From Bacteroidia bacterium (lineage in GTDB: Bacteria > Bacteroidota > Bacteroidia > AKYH767-A > 2013-40CM-41-45): DNA of 64,000 nt. The number at the start of each line of letters is the position of its first letter. The first letter of the stretch is position 1. Positions 26,437 through 37,352 of this stretch are shown piece after piece. The stretch spans positions 18,646 through 82,645 of the forward strand of contig DAOQWA010000007.1 of the NCBI GenBank assembly GCA_035341855.1. The letters run 5' to 3'. The translations under genes and the position numbers were made by a program. The notes under the pieces are model-generated. The model saw only the letters and a program-made list of their open reading frames with translations, searched no databases and was not told where the DNA came from.

Positions 26437-28494
26437 TTATTCTTTCACAAATCTCAACTTGAATTCCTGCTCATCAGATGAAAGATGTATTGCATATATG
26501 CCCGGTGTTATAGATTCAATATTTATATTTTTTGTGCTTTCTCCTTCCTGCATGCTTCCTGAGAGCACAAGCTTACCAGTGATATCGTAAATTGAAATCC
26601 TTGCATCTGTTTTTAGTGCAGCTGAAAGACGTAAGTAAGCTGAATGTTTTGCAGGATTTGGATAAAATTCCGCTACAGTAATTGCCGGAGTTGATTTAAT
26701 GCCTACGGATAAGCCATCAATTCGAATTACTTCATTGGTGGTCGCATTTACATACCAGATCTTTCCATCCGGTCCAATTTTAATTCCCATAATTCCCGGT
26801 GTTCCTGTAACAACTCTGCCCAATTCAACTCCTGTAGTTCCGCTGATGTCATAGATAATGATATCTCCGCTTGCAAAATCAGAAACCAGCAATCGGTTTT
26901 CAATGATGTCAATACCACTCGGAGTTACAAGTCCGCTATTAACAAATACACTCCAGGTTGCCCCGCTATATAGGGTATACTCTGCCACTGCTTCATACTG
27001 AGACAGGTTTGCTGTTTGTGTTCCGGTATTAATGTCCATTTTCAGTATGCGGTCATTATTAGTGTCTACGATATAAAGCATACCATTTTCTTTATCAAGC
27101 ACGAGGTGACTTGATACATGATATGTCGGATCAGCAGATAAATTTAATCCTTCATAGCGACGGATGATCCCATCACTATGGTCATCATTTCCCGGTCCAT
27201 GATCTTCTTTGAAATCGTAACGGACAGGATCACCCCCGTCTGCATCAAATACCCAAAAGATATTATCAGCTTCGTGACAAATGCCCATGCTGAACGGAGA
27301 TTGGTGGAGCATGTCAAGATGGCTGCCATTCCCTCCCGATGGCTGAGCGTAAATTAACGGGTCGCTCGACCATAGTGTTGGTCCTGTAAATGGTGCGCCT
27401 CCATTATGATTTGCATCATAAACACCTGGTGACGTGGCAAAATTTTCATTGTCACTAAAAGCAATACCGGTAGGTAATGACATGAAGTGCCATGCGTTTC
27501 CATCCTGTTGAAGAAGTGAAGTTTGACCTGCTTGTCCGGCATTTGTGAATTTTACAGTTTCACCACCACTGTTTTCAGTACTCTTGTTTATAACCCACAA
27601 TTCATTTCTGGTAAGGATAGGATGAAAATCAAGGTCGCGAGGAACACTTACTCCATCTGCTGAGTTTCCGATTACGGTGAGGATTGGAGCAACGCCGATA
27701 TAGTCATCAATAATGTTGGGAATGCCGGGTCCAAGTGTAATGGTCTTATAAGCAGTGTCGTTAAAGGCATTCGCATCCGGATTTCCATCGAGATTTGACG
27801 CCCACATCTTAATGTTATAAACACCTGCCGTCATTCCCGCCCAACTTATCGGGTGTGTTAAAACTTCTTCAGTAAATGGTGCGATATTGATTGAGGAAAC
27901 CGAGCCATTGACAACACTTCCGTTGTCAATTGAATAGTGAAGATCCATTGAGGTAACAGGATTTGAACCGCGATTAAAATATTTGGCTTTGATTGCAACA
28001 TTGCCAATACCTACATAAGATGATAGATTAATTGATTGACAGCTCATGTCGAATGGTGGAGGTGGTTCAGCCAGAAATGTAATACGGCTTCCGCCACCTG
28101 CTCCTGATCCGGTAAGTCCGGAGTACATCGGAAATCCATTGATATTAACTTGAAACCTAAATCCACCATCACCATAATCATCAACGAAGATGATATCATA
28201 ACTTAGGCCTTGTGTGAGGCACCATGGTCCGGTAGAAATCGTTGTATTATTTCCATAGCCACCGGATGGACTGTTTTGTTGGCTGCCACCTGTACAACCT
28301 ACGGCAATATTCCCTCCGGAAAAAATGGTTCCTATGCCACATGCATTTCCTGATGGGACCAATTCCCAGTAACCTTCGTTTCCATAGCTGTCTGTAGTGA
28401 CATTTATCGTGACTTCAACTTCTCCGACGGGACATTGGGCTGATGCGATGAAACTGAGAGCTAGAAGAAATAGAGTACAAAGATATTTGATCAT
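26437..28494 (-). CDS. secreted beta-propeller (NHL/YVTN-like repeat) protein with T9SS type-A sorting domain
   Basis: Signal peptide MIKYLCTLFLLALSFIASAQ. Repeated LYIVDTNNDRILK / LLVSDFASGDIIIYD-type blades. C-terminal EFYPNPAKHSAYLRL...GIYAIHLSSDEQEFKLRFVKE. Confidence 0.7.
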   Translation of the reverse strand: MIKYLCTLFLLALSFIASAQCPVGEVEVTINVTTDSYGNEGYWELVPSGNACGIGTIFSGGNIAVGCTGGSQQNSPSGGYGNNTTISTGPWCLTQGLSYDIIFVDDYGDGGFRFQVNINGFPMYSGLTGSGAGGGSRITFLAEPPPPFDMSCQSINLSSYVGIGNVAIKAKYFNRGSNPVTSMDLHYSIDNGSVVNGSVSSINIAPFTEEVLTHPISWAGMTAGVYNIKMWASNLDGNPDANAFNDTAYKTITLGPGIPNIIDDYIGVAPILTVIGNSADGVSVPRDLDFHPILTRNELWVINKSTENSGGETVKFTNAGQAGQTSLLQQDGNAWHFMSLPTGIAFSDNENFATSPGVYDANHNGGAPFTGPTLWSSDPLIYAQPSGGNGSHLDMLHQSPFSMGICHEADNIFWVFDADGGDPVRYDFKEDHGPGNDDHSDGIIRRYEGLNLSADPTYHVSSHLVLDKENGMLYIVDTNNDRILKMDINTGTQTANLSQYEAVAEYTLYSGATWSVFVNSGLVTPSGIDIIENRLLVSDFASGDIIIYDISGTTGVELGRVVTGTPGIMGIKIGPDGKIWYVNATTNEVIRIDGLSVGIKSTPAITVAEFYPNPAKHSAYLRLSAALKTDARISIYDITGKLVLSGSMQEGESTKNINIESITPGIYAIHLSSDEQEFKLRFVKE

Positions 28495-28891
28495 TTTGCT
28501 ATTCGTTTAATAAGATAAAATTGAGTGGGAATTGAATGGCAACAATCTATTGCCATTCTTCTGAACCGGTGACTCATGCAAAGAAAATAATAATTTACGG
28601 AATATAAAGTTAAAATTGGATTCAGAAGCCAAATCCATTAAGTTCTGAATATTGTCCTATGATTAGCAGATAGTGATAATCAAAATCGATTTAGAGATGG
28701 TCATGCAGCATTACAATAATTTTCGCGAGCATGATTACCTTAAGATTGAATGAATAGCATCTTTGAATGCTATTGCTTTAGTTGTCAAATCATTCCATTT
28801 TTTTGTTTTTTGAAAACATTGGCGTAGGTTTGATTCGATTATCCTCAATTGTTGAGAGGCATTGATTATTCGGGAATCCCTGAAAAAAGAT

Positions 28892-28899
28892 TAATTTTG
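28892..28899 (+). promoter_or_regulatory. candidate Bacteroidota -7 promoter element (TAnnTTTG) for the nuo operon
   Basis: TAATTTTG sits about 60 nt upstream of the nuoA ATG. It matches only the sigma-A(Bfr)-type -7 consensus, and no clear -33 TTTG was found. Confidence 0.25.
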
Positions 28900-28958
28900 A
28901 ATCATGTCCAAAAGATTGAACAAATCTCGATTCAATATTTAAAAGAAGATAATAAATT

Positions 28959-29309
28959 ATGGGTGCAGGTTCTATGATCATGTTGATGCTTTGTGGCATA
29001 GCCTTCTCTGCGGGAGGGATCTTGCTTTCAAAAGCATTGATCAAAAAATCATACAATCCACAAAAGGGTCAGACTTATGAATGTGGGGTTCCGACAGTAG
29101 GGAAGTCATGGATTCAGTTGAATGTCGGCTACTATCTTTTTGCTCTTCTCTTCCTGATCTTTGATGTTGAGCTGGTTTTTTTATTTCCATGGGCGGTTGT
29201 AGTTAAAGAGTTGGGCTGGCCGGCGCTAATCGAGATATTGATCTTTCTGACAATTCTATTTTTGGGTTTTCTTTATGCACATAGAAAAGGAGCATTGAAA
29301 TGGATGTAA
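28959..29309 (+). CDS. nuoA: NADH-quinone oxidoreductase subunit A
   Basis: 116 aa with 3 TM helices and the NuoA signature [16 protein letters not shown]. Confidence 0.9.
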   Translation: MGAGSMIMLMLCGIAFSAGGILLSKALIKKSYNPQKGQTYECGVPTVGKSWIQLNVGYYLFALLFLIFDVELVFLFPWAVVVKELGWPALIEILIFLTILFLGFLYAHRKGALKWM

Positions 29310-29809
29310 AAGATAAACCGACATTACCAAAGCCTTTTCCGGGTCAGGTACATGAGACACCCGGAGGAGGGATACTTGTAAGCAAACTTGATGATGTGAT
29401 CAAATGGGCGAGGTCCAATTCCTTATGGCCATTGGTTTTTGGAACAAGTTGCTGTGCCATTGAAATGATGTCAACAGCATCCGCTAAATATGATTGGTCA
29501 AGGTTTGGATTTGAAGTTGCAAGAGCTACACCTCGTCAGGCAGATGTAATTATCATTGCTGGTACCATCGTAAACAAAATGGGGCCTGTTCTAAAAAGGT
29601 TATACGATCAGATGCCTGATCCTAAATATGTAATTGCGATGGGTGCATGTGCTACCTCAGGTGGACCATTTTTCTACAATACATATTCTGTAGTGAAAGG
29701 AGCTGACCATATTATTCCTGTTGACGTATATGTCGCAGGTTGTCCACCCAGGCCGGAAGCCTTATTACATGCTTTGATTTCATTACAAGAAAAAATTCGG
29801 AATACTTAG
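29300..29809 (+). CDS. nuoB: NADH-quinone oxidoreductase subunit B
   Basis: [17 protein letters not shown] and [14 protein letters not shown] motifs (N2 cluster cysteines). It overlaps the nuoA stop. Confidence 0.95.
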   Translation: MDVKDKPTLPKPFPGQVHETPGGGILVSKLDDVIKWARSNSLWPLVFGTSCCAIEMMSTASAKYDWSRFGFEVARATPRQADVIIIAGTIVNKMGPVLKRLYDQMPDPKYVIAMGACATSGGPFFYNTYSVVKGADHIIPVDVYVAGCPPRPEALLHALISLQEKIRNT

Positions 29810-29839
29810 AACTGAACGGAATTTGTTTCCGGAAAATTT

Positions 29840-30295
29840 ATGACAGCAACTGAACTTAAAGATAAACTACAGTCCATTCGGCAAACATTGAGCTTTGAAG
29901 AGACAGCTGAGTGGCTGACGGTGAATGTAGACTCAGCCGAATTTCACGACTTTGCTTTGGAGTTGCGCGATCAAGCAGAGTTGGATTTTGATTTTCTCTT
30001 TTGTGTGACTTGTGTAGATTGGAAAACTCAGTTGTCGATGGTTTATCATTTGCGTTCACTGGATCGTAAGCATAGCATTGTGGTAAAATGTAAGTTGGAT
30101 CGGGAGAAGCCCGAGATACAGACTGTTTCAGATTTATGGCATACCGCCGAATTTCATGAAAGAGAAGCCTATGATTTATTTGGCGTCAAGTTTACAGGTC
30201 ACCCTGATCTTCGCAGATTATTTCTGACTGATGATTGGGTAGGATGGCCTTTAAGAAAAGATTACGATGATCCTGTAAATATGATAAAGTTGTAA
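29840..30295 (+). CDS. nuoC: NADH-quinone oxidoreductase subunit C (30 kDa)
   Basis: Conserved NuoC core (HDFALELRDQ...LWHTAEFHEREAYDLFGVKFTGHPDLRRL). Confidence 0.9.
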   Translation: MTATELKDKLQSIRQTLSFEETAEWLTVNVDSAEFHDFALELRDQAELDFDFLFCVTCVDWKTQLSMVYHLRSLDRKHSIVVKCKLDREKPEIQTVSDLWHTAEFHEREAYDLFGVKFTGHPDLRRLFLTDDWVGWPLRKDYDDPVNMIKL

Positions 30296-30310
30296 TCAGG
30301 TGGATTATTT

Positions 30311-31426
30311 ATGTTAGAAGAAGTAGGGACAAATACAGAAGGTGATCTGATAATTAATATCGGACCGCAACATCCATCTACGCATGGGGTGCTTCACCTT
30401 GTCATAACTTTGCATGGTGAAACAGTAAAGAAAGTTGAGCCTCATTTAGGTTATATTCACAGGTCGATAGAAAAGATGTGCGAGAGTTTGTCGTATCGTC
30501 AATTTATCTATGTGACTTCCAGGATGGATTATCTTTCTTCTCACATCAACAATCACGCTTGTGCACTGGCTGTTGAGAAGGGTTTACAGGTTGAAGTTCC
30601 TGAACGGGCACAGGTTATCAGGGTACTGTTGGATGAACTAACACGGCTGGCGTCGCATCAATTATGGTGGGGTGCTATGGCCATGGATGTCGGTGCGATC
30701 ACACCATTCTTTCATGCTTTCAGAGAACGGGAAATGATCAATGATATCATGGAAGAGACTTGTGGCGCCCGCTTAACCATGAATTATATGGTACCAGGTG
30801 GAGTTATGTTTGATCTCCATCCTAATTTTCAAAGAAAGGTGAAGGAATTTGTTCAGTTTTTCAGGTCTAAATTCGACGAGTATGATGAACTGCTTACAGG
30901 AAATATCATTTTTCAGGAACGTACAAAAGGTGTTGGGGCAATTTCTAAGGAGATGGCGATATCTTATGGTTGTACGGGTCCGGTTGCGCGCGCAGCAGGT
31001 GTAAGTTGTGATGTAAGAAAACTAAATCCTTACGAAGTGTATCACAAGTTACAGTTTGATGAAGTATTGCAAACCTCCGGTGATTCATATGCCAGATATC
31101 TCGTTCGGATGGGCGAGATGAAGCAATCGCTTTCTATCATCGATCAATTAATAGATAATATTCCTGAAGGAGATTTTCAAGCAAAGACTAAAGCCGTATT
31201 AAAATTGCCCAAAGGAGAATTCTACTCTATGGTTGAAACAGCCAGAGGAGAATTGGGTGTATATATAGTTAGTGAAGGTGGAATGACACCCTACCGTATT
31301 AAGTTTCGATCACCGGGATTTTCAAATTTGTCTGCTCTCGATCATATGGCAAGAGGTGCAAAGATTGGCGACCTGGTAGCGATTATGGGTACTCTCGACC
31401 TTGTAATACCTGATATCGACAGATAG
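30311..31426 (+). CDS. nuoD: NADH-quinone oxidoreductase subunit D (49 kDa)
   Basis: INIGPQHPSTHGVLHL, ...GGVMFD, and a C-terminal ...GDLVAIMGTLDLVIPDIDR. It is a separate gene from nuoC. Confidence 0.95.
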   Translation: MLEEVGTNTEGDLIINIGPQHPSTHGVLHLVITLHGETVKKVEPHLGYIHRSIEKMCESLSYRQFIYVTSRMDYLSSHINNHACALAVEKGLQVEVPERAQVIRVLLDELTRLASHQLWWGAMAMDVGAITPFFHAFREREMINDIMEETCGARLTMNYMVPGGVMFDLHPNFQRKVKEFVQFFRSKFDEYDELLTGNIIFQERTKGVGAISKEMAISYGCTGPVARAAGVSCDVRKLNPYEVYHKLQFDEVLQTSGDSYARYLVRMGEMKQSLSIIDQLIDNIPEGDFQAKTKAVLKLPKGEFYSMVETARGELGVYIVSEGGMTPYRIKFRSPGFSNLSALDHMARGAKIGDLVAIMGTLDLVIPDIDR

Positions 31427-31452
31427 TGACTGTCAACATAGAATGAATAACG

Positions 31453-32529
31453 ATGTTAAGCATTGAGAAAATAACGATTGCAGTCCAGGAAGCGCTTTAT
31501 GCAAACTTGCCTGAATTCATTGCCTTGTTAGCACAGTTTGTGTTGGTAGGGATCTTCGTTATTTCGTTGTTTGCTGTTCTTGGTCTTGTGCTTGTGTTTA
31601 TGGAAAGAAAAGTTTCTGCCTATATGCAGATTCGTGTCGGGCCGAACAGAGTAGGTTTCAAGGGTACAGCTCAAACACTTGCTGATACGCTTAAGCTGGT
31701 TCTTAAGGAAGGTCTTACCCCTGATGGAGCTGATAAGTTTCTCTTTAATCTGGCACCCTTCATCGTGATGATCGGTGCGATGTTACTCATGGCGCCAATT
31801 CCATTTGCAAGAAATGTTCAGATATGGGATATCAATATCGGAGTATTGTATATTTCTGCGGTCTCCTCTATCTCGGTAATCGGAGTGTTAATGGCCGGCT
31901 GGGCCAGCAATAATAAATATTCATTGATAGGAGCTATGCGAAGTGGTGCACAGATTGTGAGTTACGAATTATCTGCAGGACTATCCATCATTTCTATAGT
32001 CATATTGACAGGCAGTTTGCAGCTTTCCGAGATTATTGCATCACAGGAGAATGGTTGGTGGATTTTCAAAGGGCACATCCCTGCCCTGATTGCATTCGTT
32101 ATCTTTATTATTGCCGTTACTGCTGAAACGAACAGAGCTCCATTTGATATGGCAGAAGCAGAATCTGAACTTACGGCGGGATTTCACACCGAGTATTCAG
32201 GGATGAGGTTTGCATTGTTCTTTCTGGCGGAATATGTAAACATATTTATTGCATGTGCAATTGGCGCTACATTGTTCTTCGGGGGATGGATGCCATTTCA
32301 TATAGGAGGCTGGACAGAATTTAATCATATGATGGACTATATTCCTTCATCAATATGGTTTATAGGAAAAACATTCTTCCTCATATTTGTGATCATGTGG
32401 TTTCGATGGACATTTCCACGACTTCGCATCGATCAGTTACTTAATCTTGAATGGAAATATTTATTACCTATTAGTTTGATAAATGTTTTGCTCATGACGA
32501 TAATTGCAATCATGGGATGGCATTTTTGA
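31453..32529 (+). CDS. nuoH: NADH-quinone oxidoreductase subunit H
   Basis: 8-TM ND1 homologue (QIRVGPNRVGFKG...ETNRAPFDMAEAESEL). Confidence 0.95.
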   Translation: MLSIEKITIAVQEALYANLPEFIALLAQFVLVGIFVISLFAVLGLVLVFMERKVSAYMQIRVGPNRVGFKGTAQTLADTLKLVLKEGLTPDGADKFLFNLAPFIVMIGAMLLMAPIPFARNVQIWDINIGVLYISAVSSISVIGVLMAGWASNNKYSLIGAMRSGAQIVSYELSAGLSIISIVILTGSLQLSEIIASQENGWWIFKGHIPALIAFVIFIIAVTAETNRAPFDMAEAESELTAGFHTEYSGMRFALFFLAEYVNIFIACAIGATLFFGGWMPFHIGGWTEFNHMMDYIPSSIWFIGKTFFLIFVIMWFRWTFPRLRIDQLLNLEWKYLLPISLINVLLMTIIAIMGWHF

Positions 32530-32554
32530 GAAAATTAATTGTTGAAGACAGGGT

Positions 32555-33034
32555 ATGGGTTTTTTAAAAAATTATGTGAGTACTGTATATCGGGCAGTCA
32601 GATCTCTTTTGAAGGGAATGAAGATGACAGGGTATTATTTTACTCATCATAAGGAAATTATCACGCAAAATTATCCTGAGAACAGAGATACTCTGAACCT
32701 TCCTGAACGATTCAGAGGAGAAGTGGTAATGCCCCATAATGAAAATAATGAACATCGTTGTACGGGATGTACGGCTTGCGAGCTTGCTTGTCCGAATGGA
32801 ACTATAAAGATCATCACCAAGTTCGAAGTGAATGAAGAAGGTAAGAAGAAAAAAGCCTTGAATACATTTATATATCATCTTGAACTATGTACCATGTGCA
32901 ATTTGTGTATTGAGGCCTGTCCTACCGATGCGATTAAGATGGCTCAGTCATTTGAGCACAGTGTATATGACCGACGGAATCTTACGAAAACATTGAATGC
33001 AGCTGATTCAAAACTAATGGAGGGTGTAGAATGA
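32555..33034 (+). CDS. nuoI: NADH-quinone oxidoreductase subunit I (2x[4Fe-4S])
   Basis: Two ferredoxin motifs, CTGCTACELACP and CTMCNLCIEACP. Confidence 0.95.
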   Translation: MGFLKNYVSTVYRAVRSLLKGMKMTGYYFTHHKEIITQNYPENRDTLNLPERFRGEVVMPHNENNEHRCTGCTACELACPNGTIKIITKFEVNEEGKKKKALNTFIYHLELCTMCNLCIEACPTDAIKMAQSFEHSVYDRRNLTKTLNAADSKLMEGVE

Positions 33035-33549
33035 TGGATCCGGCAACAATTGTATTTTATATGCTGTCTGCACTAATTTTAGGTGCCGGCATTCTTGCGG
33101 TGACAACGAGGAAAATATTTCGTGCAGCAATATATCTTTTGTTTTCCCTGACAGGAATAGCCGGGTTGTATTTTTGGATGCAGTATGAATTCATTGCTGC
33201 CGTTCAGATCATCGTTTACGTTGGCGGAATAGTTGTATTGATCATATTCTCAATATTTCTCACGCATACCGGTGGAATGGACATGCCTGCAGCACTTAAA
33301 AGTCGAAAATTATTTGCTGCTCTTGCTGTACTAAGTGGCTTCCTGCTTACGGTGACCCAAATAACTCAGCATAGTTTCAATATTTCCGGAAAAGTGGCCG
33401 TAGAATCAAACGTGAGAGCTATTGGTCTTGGAATGTTAGGTACAGGAGAGGGAGGTTTTGCCTTGCCATTTGAAGTAGTCAGCATACTGCTTCTTTCTGC
33501 CATGATAGGTTGTATTGTAATCGCTATAAAAAATCCTTCAAGATCATGA
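33031..33549 (+). CDS. nuoJ: NADH-quinone oxidoreductase subunit J
   Basis: 172 aa with 5 TM helices. ATGA overlap with the nuoI stop. Confidence 0.85.
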   Translation: MMDPATIVFYMLSALILGAGILAVTTRKIFRAAIYLLFSLTGIAGLYFWMQYEFIAAVQIIVYVGGIVVLIIFSIFLTHTGGMDMPAALKSRKLFAALAVLSGFLLTVTQITQHSFNISGKVAVESNVRAIGLGMLGTGEGGFALPFEVVSILLLSAMIGCIVIAIKNPSRS

Positions 33550-33860
33550 GTCCGATTGGTTTAAACCACATGTTAATATTGAGTACAGCTCTGTTTTTCA
33601 TAGGGGTTTACGGTTTTCTTACCAGAAGAAATTTAGTCACATTGTTGATGTCAATTGAACTTATATTGAATAGCGTCAATATTAATTTTCTGGCATTCAA
33701 TAAATATCTGTACCCTGAAAAGCTGGATGGCTTGTTTTTCTCATTGTTTATTATTGCAATTGCTGCTGCAGAAGCAGCTGTTGCCATTGCTATAATAATT
33801 AATTTGTATCGGAGTCATCAATCGATAGACGTAGAGGATGCAGATTCATTAAGATATTAA
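33546..33860 (+). CDS. nuoK: NADH-quinone oxidoreductase subunit K
   Basis: Start placed at ATG 33546 (MSPIGLNHMLILSTALFFIGVYGFLTRRN...), which overlaps the nuoJ stop as ATGA. The listed ORF start at 33510 would add a non-conserved N-terminal extension. Confidence 0.9.
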   Translation: MSPIGLNHMLILSTALFFIGVYGFLTRRNLVTLLMSIELILNSVNINFLAFNKYLYPEKLDGLFFSLFIIAIAAAEAAVAIAIIINLYRSHQSIDVEDADSLRY

Positions 33861-33902
33861 AATTAGAGTAGTTCATGCAAGCAAGCAAGAAGAAAAAATA
33901 AA

Positions 33903-35837
33903 ATGATCGATCCGGATTTAATACTCATATTACTTTTCCTGCCTCTGTTGTCATTTGTGATCAACGGATTATTTGGACGTAAGCTGCCCGGATCAATTGC
34001 CGGTATGCTGGGGTCGGTATCAATACTCATATCTTTCCTGCTCAGCATGTCTGTAGCTTACACCTATTTTTTTCAGGTCGGAAATATTTCAGGGGTTTAT
34101 GAAAGTCTGGTGCCATTTCAAATGACCTGGCTTCGGTTCTCAGAGAATTTTTCAATAAATATAGGGCTCTTAGCTGATCCGATATCAATGATGATGATCG
34201 TGGTTGTCACATTTATTTCATTGATGGTACATATTTTTAGTTTGGGTTATATGAAGGGGGAAGAGAGATATGCAACTTATTATTCTTTTTTATCTCTATT
34301 CACATTCTCAATGCTCGGATTGGTTCTTGCGTCCAATATTTTTCAAACATATATATTTTGGGAACTGGTCGGAGTTTCGTCATTTTTATTGATCGGTTAT
34401 TATTATCAAAAACCTTCTGCTGTCGCGGCCAGTAAGAAGGCTTTTATAGTAACGCGTTTCGCAGATCTTGGATTTCTTATTGGTATCCTTGTTCTATCCT
34501 ATTATTCCGAAACCTTTGAGTTTGTCACACTGACAGAACGTTTAGTTCCCGGAGATTCTGAATATAGTCAGGCTGCATCATCTGCAGGATTTCTTGGAAT
34601 ATCAGCACTTACCTGGGGGCTTGTCATGATCTTCATTGGAGGAGCCGGTAAGTCTGCCATGTTTCCTTTACACATTTGGTTACCGGATGCCATGGAAGGC
34701 CCCACGCCGGTCTCTGCTCTAATCCATGCAGCTACTATGGTAGTGGCAGGTGTTTATCTTGTTGCCCGTTTGTTTCCGGTGTTTTCTCTGGCATGCCCGG
34801 TTGCTCTTGATGTTGTAGCCTGGACAGGTATCGGGTCTGCTCTTTTTGCAGCTCTGATCGCTTGTACTCAAACTGATATAAAAAGAGTCCTGGCATATTC
34901 CACCATGTCACAGATAGGATATATGATGTTTGCTCTTGGCGTTTCCGGTTACGGAGGTGAACAAGGTTTAGGTTATATGGCAGCTATGTTTCATCTTTTT
35001 ACACATGCTATGTTTAAAGCCCTCTTATTCCTTGGTGCCGGTGTGATCATACATTATGTTCATAGTAATGATTTGAAAGATATGGGTGGATTGAGAAAAG
35101 TGTTGCCGATAACAAGCATTACGTTTCTTATCGGGTGCTTAGCCATAGCAGGAATCCCGCCATTTTCAGGCTTCTTCAGTAAAGAAGAAATATTGCTTGC
35201 ATCATCACATTCAAATTTCGGAATTTATATTGTTGCACTGATCACAGCAGGTCTTACGGCCTTTTATATGTTTAGACTTTACTTTTCGATTTTCTGGAGT
35301 AAGAAGATTGAAGTAAATAGTGGACACAGGCATGAAGGTTCTTTCTCAATGTTAGCGCCGCTTTTGATACTGGCGGTTTTTGCTGCCATTTCCGGTTTCA
35401 TTCCCTTTGGAAGCTTTGTGACCAGTGATGGTACCGTCCTGGAAACACATTTTCATCTTGAATTTTCAATTCTGCCGGTGAGTCTTTCAGTTGCGGGAAT
35501 ATTTTTTGCGTGGTTGCTTTACAAGAACACATCATCTGTTCCAGGAAGGATTGCAGACAAGGCAGGAACAGTTTATAAAGTGATCTATAAAAAGTTTTAT
35601 ATAGATGAAGTATATGAATTTATTACCAAGAAAATAATTTTTCAGCTTATAGCTCGTCCTGCCGCATGGTTTGATAAGACAATTGTTGACGGGATGGTGA
35701 ATACGGCTGCCGCAGCCACGCAGGTTTTCTCATTATCGATAAGTGGGTTTCAATCAGGAAAACTTCAACATTATGCATTTTACTTTATCGGTGGGGCAAT
35801 TGGACTTGCACTGCTGTTCATTTATTATCTTTCGTAA
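33903..35837 (+). CDS. nuoL: NADH-quinone oxidoreductase subunit L
   Basis: 644 aa antiporter-like subunit (WLPDAMEGPTPVSALIHAATMV) with a C-terminal long-helix region. Confidence 0.95.
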   Translation: MIDPDLILILLFLPLLSFVINGLFGRKLPGSIAGMLGSVSILISFLLSMSVAYTYFFQVGNISGVYESLVPFQMTWLRFSENFSINIGLLADPISMMMIVVVTFISLMVHIFSLGYMKGEERYATYYSFLSLFTFSMLGLVLASNIFQTYIFWELVGVSSFLLIGYYYQKPSAVAASKKAFIVTRFADLGFLIGILVLSYYSETFEFVTLTERLVPGDSEYSQAASSAGFLGISALTWGLVMIFIGGAGKSAMFPLHIWLPDAMEGPTPVSALIHAATMVVAGVYLVARLFPVFSLACPVALDVVAWTGIGSALFAALIACTQTDIKRVLAYSTMSQIGYMMFALGVSGYGGEQGLGYMAAMFHLFTHAMFKALLFLGAGVIIHYVHSNDLKDMGGLRKVLPITSITFLIGCLAIAGIPPFSGFFSKEEILLASSHSNFGIYIVALITAGLTAFYMFRLYFSIFWSKKIEVNSGHRHEGSFSMLAPLLILAVFAAISGFIPFGSFVTSDGTVLETHFHLEFSILPVSLSVAGIFFAWLLYKNTSSVPGRIADKAGTVYKVIYKKFYIDEVYEFITKKIIFQLIARPAAWFDKTIVDGMVNTAAAATQVFSLSISGFQSGKLQHYAFYFIGGAIGLALLFIYYLS

Positions 35838-35849
35838 GCTCTCAGGAAT

Positions 35850-37346
35850 ATGAACCTATCATTACTGATACTACTTCCTGCAATAACAAGCTTGATAATT
35901 CTCTTCTCCGGAAAAGAACAAGCTAAGAGAATAGCACTGGGTGGTGCACTTATTCAATTAGGGCTGACGATATTTTTGTTGATGTGTTTTTGGGCCGATA
36001 GTAATTTACCCGGCGCCACGCAGTTTATTTACGAGTACAATGCTTCCTGGTTTCCGGCTTTGCAGATCAATTATCATGTAGGAGTCGATGGAATTTCTGT
36101 TGCAATGATTTTGCTGACAGCTTTCGTTGTATTTGCAGGGATCCTGATGTCCTGGAAGGTTGATCGAATGCAAAAGGAGTTTTTCTTCTTGCTCACGATT
36201 CTCGGTGCCGGGGCCTATGGTTTTTTTATTTCGCTGGATCTTTTCCTTATGTTCTTTTTCCTGGAAGTGGCTGTAATTCCCAAGTTCATGCTGATAGGAA
36301 TATGGGGAAGTGGCAAGAAAATATATAGCGCAAACAAATTGGCACTGATGCTTATGGCCGGCTCTGCATTGGTTCTAATAGGAATGTTTGGAGTCTACTT
36401 CTTGTCAAATATCGGTACTGCCAGTTTTGACCTTGTACAGATTTCTGCGAATGGAATTCCGAAAGATGTCCAGCTTTACTTTTTTCCATTTCTATTTGTA
36501 GGCTTCGGCGTGTTTACTGCACTGTTCCCATTTCATACATGGGTGCCTGATGGTCACTCTTCTGCACCAACTGCAGCATCCATGTTCCTCGCCGGTATAT
36601 CGATGAAACTTGGAGGCTATGGTTGTTTACGTGTTGCTACCTACCTGATGCCGGAAGCTGCAGAGCATTATTCCTGGATAATTATTTTACTCGCTACGAT
36701 TGCTATAATTTATGGAGCCTTCGCCACCATGATGCAAACGGATCTGAAATATATGAATGCCTATTCTTCTGTCAGTCATTGCGGCTTTGTACTACTAGGT
36801 ATAGGAATGCTAACACCTACTGCAGTTACCGGTGCTGTATTGCAGATGGTATCACATGGACTAATGACAGCTCTGTTCTTCGCTGCAATAGGAATGCTGT
36901 ACGAAAGAACGCATACCCGTGAAGTCGCTAAACTGGGAGGTTTATTGAAGGTGATGCCTTTCATAAGTACGGTGTTTTTTATAGCCGGTTTATGTTCTTT
37001 AGGATTACCCGGACTGAGTGGTTTTGTGGCTGAGATGACAGTTTTTGTTGGTTCATGGGAGAGGGTAGAATTACTTTACAGGCTCGCTACAATATTAGCT
37101 TGTATGTCTATTGTTGTTACTGCCGTATATATTCTCAGGGCAACCGGTAAAGCTATGATGGGGCCCGTATTAAATCCTGAATTCAACAAGCTTAAAGATG
37201 CTGCTTGGAATGAAAGGCTGGCAGGCGTTGTTCTCATCGCCGGTATCTTGGCAATGGGGGTGATGCCATTCTGGTTGAAGGATCTTGTTAGCCCCGGCGC
37301 TTTAAATATTATTGAACAAATAAATGGAGTAGCATTACTCAAATAG
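35850..37346 (+). CDS. nuoM: NADH-quinone oxidoreductase subunit M
   Basis: 498 aa antiporter-like subunit (HTWVPDGHSSAPTAASMFLAGISMKLGGYG). Confidence 0.95.
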   Translation: MNLSLLILLPAITSLIILFSGKEQAKRIALGGALIQLGLTIFLLMCFWADSNLPGATQFIYEYNASWFPALQINYHVGVDGISVAMILLTAFVVFAGILMSWKVDRMQKEFFFLLTILGAGAYGFFISLDLFLMFFFLEVAVIPKFMLIGIWGSGKKIYSANKLALMLMAGSALVLIGMFGVYFLSNIGTASFDLVQISANGIPKDVQLYFFPFLFVGFGVFTALFPFHTWVPDGHSSAPTAASMFLAGISMKLGGYGCLRVATYLMPEAAEHYSWIIILLATIAIIYGAFATMMQTDLKYMNAYSSVSHCGFVLLGIGMLTPTAVTGAVLQMVSHGLMTALFFAAIGMLYERTHTREVAKLGGLLKVMPFISTVFFIAGLCSLGLPGLSGFVAEMTVFVGSWERVELLYRLATILACMSIVVTAVYILRATGKAMMGPVLNPEFNKLKDAAWNERLAGVVLIAGILAMGVMPFWLKDLVSPGALNIIEQINGVALLK

Positions 37347-37352
37347 GATTGT

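Noticed and set aside
28790-29056. Minus-strand 88-aa ORF overlapping the nuoA start and promoter
   Set aside because: It overlaps a well-supported nuoA and has no motifs. It is most likely a spurious ORF in an AT-rich promoter region.
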